Part shown: piece by piece, positions 5,037 through 17,000 of the stretch
Position numbering within the stretch: the stretch's first letter is position 1
Layout: each line of letters starts with the position of its first letter
Virus record (IMG/VR): IMGVR_UViG_3300022928_002150
Span: 1-64,000 of that record
Origin: a virus
Length of the DNA stretch: 64,000 nt
Strand: one strand, 5' to 3'
Position numbers and translations under genes: made by a program
The notes under the pieces: generated by a model
What the model was told of the DNA's origin: nothing
The model's database searches: none
What the model saw: only the letters and a program-made list of their open reading frames with translations

Positions 5037-8000
5037 ATGGCTTTAGTACTACGACTTGTAAAAGGCACAGAACTTACTTTTACAGAGCTAGACGGAAACT
5101 TCACTTACTTAAATACAACTAAGTACGAAAGTGGAGATGACGCCCAATTTGGACAACTGAATTTTAGTACCCTCTCAGACGGTGTGCTACAGATTCTTGC
5201 GTTCACAAATGACCCGACTCTGAATTCTATAGACGGGTCAGTAATACTTCCTACTGAAGAAGCAGTAAAATCTTATGTTGCTTCTTATCACACTAATAAT
5301 CCTTATTCTTTTTCAGAACTCAATGACTCGAGCGGTGCTGGATTTCTCGGTGCCGTACTCATTCATGACGGCAGTAACTACGTTCCAAAAGCTCTTGAAA
5401 TCACAGACTTTTCAGATTTCGATGTTTCTACTGTTTCAGACGGATCTATTCTTGCATACGATGCTCAAACCTCTCTCTGGACCGCAACCTCTGCGGCAGC
5501 TTTAAGTTCCGTTTATTTAAATGATCTTGTAAATGTAAATGTTACAGGTGCCTCTGAAAATGATGTACTCGCTTTTGACGGGTCTTTTTGGGTAAGTACA
5601 AGTCCTGTTCTAGAAATAGAAAACTTAACAGATGTAAACTACCTCACAACTCCGAAGGCTGGCGAATCTTTAATATACGATGACGTTTTAGAACAGTGGA
5701 TTCCTGGAACACCAGCTACTGTCGGAAAACTAACTGTATCAGCCGCACTCAATACTAACATTACTGCAGGAAAGGCTGTTACAGTAGGTAGACAGAATAA
5801 CAGAACTGTAGTCTTTCCTATCTCTTATCTACCTCCTGAGTTTGGTCAATCAGAAACTGTTGGTAATCAGTTAGGCGCTCAAACTCATTCGCTATGGCTA
5901 AGCTCTCAGAAAAAATTTATTGTAGCATTTATTAATGCTACTACAGGTGCGGGCGAGTTTGTAATTGGAGAAGTAGATGATGATGGTGTAGAGATAACTA
6001 TGGACACCACTGTCCATGAGTTTGCTACCGGCGTCGGAGGAGAGTTCTCCGTTACGTATGATATAGCAACTACTCGAGTTATTTTTGCCTGGAAAGATAT
6101 TATTACCAATATTGGATATACTCGTGTAGTTACAATTGCAGGGTTTGCGGTAAGCATGTCGCAGTTTCCTATCGATTTTTCTTTGGGCGAGGCTATCGGC
6201 TCTCACTCCGTCTCTTCTGACACACAAAGCGGAAATTTAATTTTTCATTATGCGGATAACTCTTTAAACGGAGGAGGCGTAGGTATAGGTCGAGTAGGTG
6301 AAATAGATGGCTTAGACGTACTTTTTCAGCCGCCCACTGCTTTTACAACCAGGGAAGTTTACGACCTTCATACTGTTTATGCTCCTACAACTAATAGGCA
6401 CGTTACTGTATTTACTGACCAAATCAGTGAAGGCTACTCGATGGTCACTTTACTTACGGGGGTATTTGCAACTTATAGAACACCAAGAACATTTGATGAT
6501 GACTTAAGTTTTCCTTTTGTAACTATACTTCCAGACGGTAGCTCTTGCTGGGTTGCTTATAAAGATAATACGGTTAGTCCCCCTCGTGGAAAGGTCACAA
6601 GGTTTACTGCTAGCGCCACAGGTACTAGCACGGTAACAGACAACTCGTTGTACTCCAGATATTTCTTCGAAGATGGAACTGGCTCAGGGCCTACCCCGTA
6701 TAACATGTCAAATATTAGGCCTGCAGTCTTAGCATCCACTACAGATAGGGCGGCAGTTATTTTATGGGGGAGAGAGAACTCTGACACCAATGATATAGAA
6801 CTCTTTACAACAACTATTGCATATAGTGAATGGAGTGGCCGCCCCATTGTAGATATAGACGGAGCTGAGGCAGCTTCAGACGATACTTATGATTCTTTTA
6901 TAATAAATGGAAGCATACATCCCGCTTCTACTAGTGGGCTAACAGAAAGTAGAATGATAGTTCCGTTAGATTTAGCTACGGGAGTACGGGCTATAACCTA
7001 TGGGAACAATCCAGTAACTAATATTAAAGACTGGTTTGGTATCGCAGATGAAAGTTTTTCTAGTGGTTCAAGTGACTATAATTCTGGAATTATAACTATT
7101 TTAGGGGGCCAGACGAAGGTTACTAGTTGGATAGGTGGTTCACAGCCGAGTAATTTTGTTCCTGGTACTCCAATTTATATTGATAATTCAAGGTTATACC
7201 GAGGAAGTCTTCGCACCAGTGATGTAGGAAGCGGCGCCATTGGCATAAGTATAGATGCAAGCACCGTTCTTATTACCGGTGATGTCGAGCCAAATCCTAG
7301 CATAGCAGGTATACCCAAAAGCATAACAGAACTAGAGGATGTGGATACACTATCGACAGCTCCTCTTTCTCAACAATTTCTTCAATGGAATACCAATGCA
7401 CAAAAATGGGTTCCAGCCTATGCCTCAGTAACTGGTCAAATAAGTAATCTTGATGATGTCGATACTTATAACGGTTTTGAAGCTGGCATACCTAAAAGCC
7501 ACTTACTTGCTTGGGATAATTTTAACATAGAATGGGTTCCTAAATCAATAAATCAAATTTTAATTGATGAGCCTGTAGAGCTGGGAGAACTTAGTAATGT
7601 AAATTTTGTTCAAGTAAATGATGGAGATCTGCTCACATACAATGGTCCTACTCAGACTTGGATTTCATCCCCGGTAAATTTAGAAACCGATCTTGGAGAT
7701 ATAAATGATGTAGATTTAACAACCGGATTAGCTACAGGAACATATCTTCAGTATGATGGTGCTAATTGGGTTCCTGGCCAAGCCGTTTCAACTATGCCCA
7801 GGTTTAGAGATCTTGCAGATACCGGAGGCCAGTGGAGTGGCCAACAAGGTATGGTACCTATATTTAATACAACGGGTACCTATGCAAACCAGTTCACCTT
7901 AGGCTTTGTTAGTAATTTTGGCGGCATTGGAGACTTGTTTGATGTAGATACTTCTACTATTTCGCCCCAACCCGGTCAGTCTCTTGTTTGGAATGGAACT

Positions 8001-11000
8001 AAGTGGGCGCCTGCTACTATTACTGGTGGTGGAGGAGGAAGTACTGGCGGTGGCGATACTGGAGGGGGTACTACTACTACTCCTAGCCCAAACCCTGACG
8101 GGGGTGGAGGAAGTACTGGCGGAACCGTTGAAACGGAAGACGGGGATATAATAGAAATTCCCTCTTTAGACGTTGATGAAGATATAGAAGAACCTATCGA
8201 AACTGGAACTGGGTTTGTTTCTGAGACTGTTACTAATACTGATACTGTACCTGCAACGGATGTTATTCCTGAAAACGTAAAGCCGGGCGACTTATTTCAA
8301 ACACCCTCATTATCTAAGCCGTATCCTGTTGTATACAGCATATCTGAAGACAGGACAGAGCTCACTCTTTCTGAAAATATATCAACTAGTCAATTTGAGG
8401 CTATTATTTTTGCAACTCCTCCTGTCTACCAAGTAGTTGCAACTACTGGCACTGTAGAGGTTGGTCAGGGGGTTGTAGGTACTGAATCCACTAGTGAGAT
8501 CTTTCTTGATACTCCTTTGCCTGAAGAAATTGTTCCTGGTCACGCTGTTTACATAGGAAGCAATGTAAATATTCCTATTGTAAGTGGAATAAGTGGAGAC
8601 AGATTAAGCTTTGCTGTAAGTTATGATATAGATATAACTGCAGGCGCTACTATTATATTTAAAGTAGTAATTCCTATGGCAATCTCTCAGGATGTAGGAT
8701 CATTCGTAAATAACAATCCTGCAGGGACTACTGGTAGCAACACTATTGTACTGAACGACCCTGTGGGCCCAGATGTAGAAGTTAATCATTATGTAATGCA
8801 CTCGGAACTAGAGTCTGCTCCTAGAGTAGTATTTATATCTACAGACAGACTTAGCATTACTGTAAATAAAAATGTAGACGCTTTAGTAGACGGTCAATTT
8901 ATTACCTTTGGTAGTACTACTAGCAAGCAGCAAGAAGTAACGTTTACTCTAGCGGAACTATCAGATACAGATATTCAAACAGCTGCTTTGCAAGATGGAG
9001 AGGTTTTACTGTGGAACTATGAAAACCAAGTATGGACTACTAGTGACGTCCAACTATCTAATTCATTAGACGCATTAAATGATGTTCGTATCGACAACCC
9101 TCAAGAAGGTCAAATACTTAGATATACTACACTAGCTGATGCAAACAGATATGAAAATATAGATCCCAGTTTTGGAGCAGGCGCTCTAGCAGATTTTAAT
9201 TACAATATAGCGAATCAGGCATCGAACAATATTCTTACGTGGCACGCCCCTTCTTCCGCCTTTATCAGTACTCCTATAGGCGAGGTCATGAGAGCAAGTG
9301 ACTATACCATGAACAACCTTGCAGACGTTACTGGTGTGCCCTTTGATGGATCTGCTTTAGTATACGACAGTAACACAGGATTCTATAGCTCTGCGTCCTT
9401 CCCAGACAGCATATATGATTTAGCTGATGTCGCAGGTTTGCCAGAACCGTCTGATGCTCTTGTATGGAACGGCGCAAGCTGGAGCCCTGCGCCCATACCC
9501 AGGGCTTTAGAAGACCTAAACGAAAGATCTATTTTTCTATTAAACCAGCTAAACGAGAACGGTTTTCAAAATCTGGGAAATACACCTTCTTCTAAGTTTT
9601 TAAAATGGACGGGAACTACTATAGATACTGTAGTTACGGGCAGCATAGAAGGAATAGGACTTAGATTAGAAGATTTAGACGATGTTTCAATAACTGAACC
9701 CTACAATTCGGATTTTATTTCTTGGGATCCCGATACAAACTCATGGGTAACTAGAAGTGTAGAAGGTGCAGTAATTTCTATAGGTTTGGATGTTTTAACC
9801 GATGTAGATTTTCAGGCAGTGCCTCCACAAAACAGAAACACATTAGAGTATAACGCGTCTACAGGGGAGTGGAGACCTGCAACTCGCTCAGGTGTAGCCA
9901 ACTATATAGCCGCTGAAAACCTTTCAGCAGGTGACCTACTAGCTTTAAGATCAGACGGCGAAGTCGAAAAAATAGCAGAAATAGAAAGTAGTGTATCCAG
10001 CATCTTTCAAGCTTCAGGTAGCCCTTCAGTAAGTTCTGATTACTATGGTAAAAGTGTATTTGTATCTGATGACTATTATATTGTGGGAGCTCCAGGGTAT
10101 GAGTACTTAACTGTTGGGGGTAAGGTAGAAATATTCTCTACAAGTACTAACACCCTTGTACAAACTATAAACAACCCCAATGCAACTGCCAATGATAAAT
10201 TTGGAGAATCGGTATCAATTTCAAGCCAGTTTTTTACTATTGGGGCTCCAGGCTACGACTCTAATGCAGGCCGAATATATGTATATAGTTTACCAGGGTT
10301 CATACTAGAACATACTATCGACAACCCAAATGCAGCAACATCAACGTTAGACGACCAATTTGGCTTTAGAGTACAGAATACAAATACTTATGTAGCGGTT
10401 ACTGCAATTAATGAAGAGCCTCAATCCTTGTCAGATACTAACTCTGGCACAGTGTACGTATTTAACACTGCAACTGGAAATCAGTTAGGCTTTGTAGAAA
10501 ATCCCTCTCCCAGCATAACAGGGTTTGGTAGTGCTATATCAATATCTACTTCAGGCGATTTAGCTATTGGAAGCCCTAGCGAGGAAAAAGTATATGTCTA
10601 TGAGGCAGCTACTTTAAGCTCTATCTATACTATTTCTAACCCTGGCGGTGCAGGAGACTTCGGTAGCTCTATTGCAATTTCTTCTGACGGACGTATGGTG
10701 GTTGGTGCTCCTACTGCTGATACGGGCAGCGGAAAACTGTATATATACAATTTAAATAATGGCGATTTTAACTATACTCTTAACAACCCTAATAGAAACG
10801 CAGACGTACCCACAGGCGATAATTTTGGTAGTAGCGTTGCTGTAACAACTGAGTATATACTTGCTTCTGCCAGTGGAGAGAATGTAGGGAGTGTTTATTT
10901 GTTCGAGGCCGCCTCGGGAGCTTTTAGAAATGAATTTTTATCAGATGAAGGAGCAACAAATATAAATTGGGGATTTGGTCTAGCTCTTACGAACGACTAT

Positions 11001-14000
11001 CTTATTATTGGTTCGCCTAGACTAACCGTTGCAGGTACAGGTAAAATTGCAACTTTTGCTAGTGATTCGTTCATAGAAAGTAATGCTGGTGATTGGGTAG
11101 GAATATCAGAACAATCGGTAGAAGCTACTCAACAAGTAACTGTAACAACTGTAGGTGCCGTAAATAAGTTTGTATCCGGTCTGACTATTAATAAAAACTA
11201 TTATATAGACGGTAGAGGCTTTATAACTGAGACTGAGACAGATTACGGTGTGTTAGGAAAAGCTCTTGCTGCTGATGAGTTGCTTATTACAGGAAATGTA
11301 GTATCTGCTGAAACCGGAGTAACTTATATAAATGATATCCGTGATGTAGATACTGTAACTGTTCCTCCCTCTAACAATCAAGGCTTAGTATGGGATAGTG
11401 CTAATAATAGGTGGGCCCCTAAAAATATAGGATATAGTAATATCACTACTTTTGGTGGCTTAACAGATACAAGTGTTGGGGGAGTCCAAGCAGGCCAAGG
11501 TCTTAAATACAGTGGATCTTCATGGGGTCTTGCAACATATATTGAAGCTGGAACTCTATCTCTAAGTAGTCTATCAGATGTTGATACTTCCGGGGTTGTT
11601 GATAATGCCGCCTTAGTTTACAGTTTGCAATTTGATGAGTGGCAGGCAAGTGTTATACCGATCCCAGCAACAATAAACGATTTAAATGATATAGATCTTT
11701 CCACAGTATCTGCGGTTAATAATGATGTATTAGTTTATAATGCCAACAGCGAGCTGTGGGAGCCAGGTCAAGTTTCTAGAGTATCTGCGCTTGGGGACTT
11801 AATCGATGTAGATTTAGCTTCTCAGCCGCCTGTACAAGATAATGTTATTGCTTATCAAGCGGGCGTTGGCTGGACACCTGTTCAAATTACTAATATTACC
11901 GTAACGCAGTTAGATAACATGGATGATGTTAGAACTGCGGGACTTTATGCACCTGTTCCAGGAGAAACTTTAATTTGGAACGGTATTGAAGGCGTATGGG
12001 AGCCAGGCTCTCCAGCCTTAGACACTATTAGTATAGGATCTCTTTCAGACGTAGATACTACGCCCGGCACTGCAAGTGAGCCTAGTTTCGGAGAATTTTT
12101 AGCCTGGGACGGAGTTAATTGGTCTCCTGGCTCAACAGCACCTACTGCTGCAACTCTTAATAGTTTGCTAGATGTAGAGGTAATTGCAAACCCAGCAAAA
12201 GAAAAGGAAGTACTTACTTATGATGCTACTACCCAGAAGTGGTACCCTAGAGCAGGGCACTCGGGTGGTATAGAAAACTTCATAGCAAATGGAGATATTA
12301 GTGATGGAGATATAGTTTCTATTACCCCTCCTGGAAAAGTTAAAAAGACAGGTCAAGAGCCCTTTTTACCTGCTTGGAATGTAGAAAACCCTACTATATT
12401 TGGTACGGCTACCAGTGATCAATTTACTAGTGCAGTTGTTGCATCAGGAGATTATATTATTGCTGGTGCTCAATATGAGGACGAGATAGAAGGAAGTAGT
12501 TCTGGGGTTGTATACGTATTTAATAATTTTGGTACTCAACAGTATTATATTAAAAATGAAAATATAAATAATCCTGTAACAGGGGACCGATTTGGTAATT
12601 CTTTAGACGCTAGCGGTAACCTTCTAGCGGTAGGATCTCTTCTTGCTGATGATCTAACAGGGTATAATCAAGGAGCAGCTTATGTCTACCGCTTGGCTAC
12701 AGGAACATCCCCTAGTGGAGACTTATGGCTATCAATACAAAATCCTGATGGTACAAACAACGCGCAGTTTGGCACTGACGTAGCTATAAGCGATTATAAT
12801 GGTGAGGCTCGTTTAGCCGTCGGCGCACCACTAGAAGATATGAGTGACCAATACTCAGAAGCTGGATGCGTATACTTTTTCGATCCTGACATAGGTGTAG
12901 GAGACCCTCAATATGGGTTTTTATACCGTATTGATAATCCTAATACAGTCGGTAGTATATCAGGGGATTACTTTGGCCAAAGAGTGTCTCTTACTCAAGA
13001 TAGAAAATACTTAGCTGTTACTGCGTCCAGAGAAGGTACAACTAGCGTAAAGGGATATGTCTATATATATGACGTAAGCAGTGACTCTCTTCCCGTTTTA
13101 TTACATACTATATCAAATCCAAATCCGGGTGGAGGTTCAGATGCAACGCATGGGTTTGATATAGTATGGGATAGAAATCCATCAATTAAAAGATTAGCTA
13201 TATCTGCACCAGAGCAGGATTTTACGGGTGCTAATGAAGGTCTTGTTTATATATATGATGTAACCGATGAAGCTTGTACTCTTATAAATACTATTCAAAA
13301 CCCTGATACTTATCCTCTTCCGCAGGGAGATGAGTTCGGCTACTCCATCGATATGAAAGATAACAAAATACTAGTAGGTGCAAGAAGAGAAGATCAGGGG
13401 TACATAGGAGGAGTATATACTAATGCTGGTAAGGCTTATTATTTCGAAGCCGATACCGGTACTCCTATTGCATATTTTGACAATCCTAATATATATGGGA
13501 ATAGTACAACTGAGTACTTTGGTTCAAGTGTTGCTATTGGTAATGATAAATTATACGTAGGTGCTCCTTTTGCTAGGAATACTATTTCAGGTGACTTTAA
13601 CTCTGGACACCTTACAGCTTTTGATATTAATATAACTAGTAATGCTTCATCTTGGATAGGAGTAGCTTTTGAAGATATTTTAGATGGAGATGTAGGACAA
13701 GTAACCCTGTTTGGTGGTATAGCACACAATCAAGTTAATCTATTGCCGGGACAGAATTATTATTTAAATATTGATGGTACTCTTAACAGTTCTCCCACAA
13801 ATTTAGGTATTTTTGGTAAAGCTTTAAGTGCAAACGACATTTTAATAACAGGGGACGTTGAATCTAATACTGCTGACCAAGTAAATAATTTAAATGATCT
13901 TGGAGATGTTACTGCATTTGCTTCAGACGGCCAGGCGCTTGTTTGGAACGCACAAAGCTCTCAATGGGTAGCAGGAGATGCGGCTGGGGGTGTTAGTAGC

Positions 14001-17000
14001 TTATCGGATTTAGATGATATAAATTTACCTATACCTTCAAATATTCAAACAGGGGAGGTTTTAACTTGGAACGCGGTATCTCAGTCTTTTGTTAATGCTG
14101 TAACTGGTTCAAGTAACGTAGACGTATTAGATGATTTAACAGACGTAGATCTTAGTAGTGTTTTACCTTCAGCTTTGCAGATATTGCAATATAATGGCTC
14201 AATATGGTCTCCTCAAGACTTACCCGAGGGACAGCGTATTACTGGTATTGCAGCGGAGCAAATATTACAAGGCGGCTTAGTAGTACTAAATAGTTCTGGT
14301 CAGTTTGAAAATCCCACAATAACTGCAGGGGAGCTGGTATCTTCTTTCCCATCTAGCTCAGATTTGGGACTTTTTGGGCATACAATTGCAGAAGAAGGCG
14401 GCCGTGTCGCAGTTTCAGCACCTTATCATAGAATTGGCCCCAACAGCGGAGTCGCAACCGGCCTAGTAAGGATTTATGATACAGATAACTCTACTTTAAT
14501 ACGTACATTACAACCCTCCCTAAGCCTCACAACGCCCGCGGCTTGGCGAGGAGAAACTAATCAGGCGTTTGGATTTGCAGTAGCAATAAAAGATGATTAT
14601 GCAGTTGTAGGCTCTCCTCTTAAGGATTTAGATGCGGTTAATTCTGGCGTTGTATACGTATATAGAATAAGCTCAGGTACTTTAATAGCAGTTCTAGAAA
14701 GCCCTGAGCCTCTTCTCCAAGGGCAGTTCGGTTCCTCAGTAGCTATTAACTCAACCTATGTAGCAGTGGGCGCACCACGAGTAGATATAGGGAATAATGC
14801 ATTAGTAGGTAAAGTATATAGATATCCTATCTCGTTATTAGAGTCATCAGAGTATGGAATACCAGAAGGAGAAACAGAAGCAAGATGGGATCCTCTTTTA
14901 GTTCCTGATTTTACATTCAACAATAATAATGATGATGGAGGCACTGGAGGAGACCTGTTTGGGTCTGCACTGAGCGCAACAGATACTTACTTGTCTATTG
15001 GAGCTCCTGGGGAGGATACTGGAGGACAGCTATCAACCGGTAGAATATACGTTCGTAATATTAATACTGGGTCTACTATACACACTCTGCAGGATACTAA
15101 TATAGGATCTAACGGACTAGGTTTTACCTTCGAAATGGATGATTCTATCATAGTTGCAGGAACCCCAGACTTTAATGGAGGTTTGGGAAGGGTATTGGTA
15201 TATTCTACAACCTCGGGTGCAGTGCTTGCAGAAATAAACAGTCCAGATCAGATAGGAGATAAATTCGGTAGGTCAGTAGGGCTGGGATCGAGTCAAATCG
15301 TTGTAGGTTCAGAAGCAAATAATGACGTATTAGGTTACAATGACTCAGGAAAGTTTTATAGCTATAATAGAGCATCCACTACTTCGTACCCCCTATATGC
15401 GGCATTTGAAAACCCGGGTTATGTTGTCAACCCTTCCGGAAGTTTATTTGGATTTTCTGTAGCGGTAACAAATTCTGGTCGTGCTATTGTTGGTGCTCCG
15501 TATAATGATAATGTTCAGGGAACTCAACAGTTCCCCGCAACAGATAGAGGGGTATTCTTTATATACGATGTAACACTGCAAGCTACACAATCAAATGCAG
15601 CAGACTGGATGGGCATTGCAGAACAGACAGCAGTTACAGGAGAACAACTAGAAGTGGTAATTCTAGGAGGAAAAACTTCTAGTATTTACTCTAATTTAGT
15701 TCCTGGAGAATATTACTATGCTGGGGCTGACGGAAGTCTAACCCTTGAAGAAACTTCTTACGGAATAGTAGGTCCTGCAGCAAGTGTTTCTGAAATATTA
15801 ATACTTGGAAGTATTTCAGGCGTATCTGATATGGCTGACTTAGCTGATGTTGATTTTTCTGCGGGATTAGTTCCCCAACATGGATTAACTTGGAACGGTC
15901 AAAAGTGGGTAGCAAGCTATGTATCAACAGTAACTAATTTACTAGATCTTGAAGATGTAAATTTACTAGACTCTCCTCCAGAAGATGCACAAGGCTTAGT
16001 TTATGATAACAACACGTCTAAATGGGTTCCTGCTAATATAGGCTACTCTAATGTAGCTCAGTTTAGTGATCTTAATAATGTAGATGTTAGTAATGCTACA
16101 GTAGGCCAAAGCATTGAATGGAACGGAGTAAATTGGATTCCTACTACGTTTTCTTCTGTTAATAGTATAAATGATTTAACGGATGTAAACACTACTACTC
16201 TTAAAGTTGATTACGATATACTTACTTGGAGCGAGTCTGCAGATGAGTGGATAATAGACAAACGTAATTTTGGCAATTTTTTAAACCTAGAGGCTTATGC
16301 TCCAACACAACCAATACAAGCTGGAGATCCTGTTTATATTACGGACGATGGTAAAGTTGCTGCAATCAAAGGCACGGAGACTGTTCTAGGCACAGAAAGC
16401 CTAGTAAATACTTTATATCCTCCTGTATCGAATTCTAATTTTGGAACTAATTTAGCGGTTAGTAAAGATATTATAGTTGTAGGTAACCCGTATTTTACCA
16501 GCGGAAATATTCTGAGTACAGGTAGAGCATACATCTATAATGCTACTAGTGGGCAGCTTCTATATACTTTGGAGCCTCCTACTGATTATTCATTACAAAG
16601 TTTTGGCTGGGGAGTAGCTACAAATGGCAGCGAAGTAGCTATTACTGCTAAAGAGTCTCCCTCTAATAATGATTACGGGCGTATTTATTTATACGATGCT
16701 TATACAGGAGCTTTATTAAGACAAATAGTAAACCCAGAAGACTCTGTATCTACGAATGGCCCTTTTGCTCAGCATAATTCAGTAGTAATGACGTCATCTT
16801 ATTTAATTGTAGGTAACTCTAATTGGAGAGATGCTACGTTAGGAACTACTCCGGGTAAGGCATACGTATTTAATATATTTACAGGCACTCAGGAGTATAG
16901 TTTTAATAACCCAAATCCTTCTAATGGAGCAGATTTTGGTCGATATATTAATATAGATGAAAGTGAAAGTATCATTTCAATAACAGATACAGGCACTGGA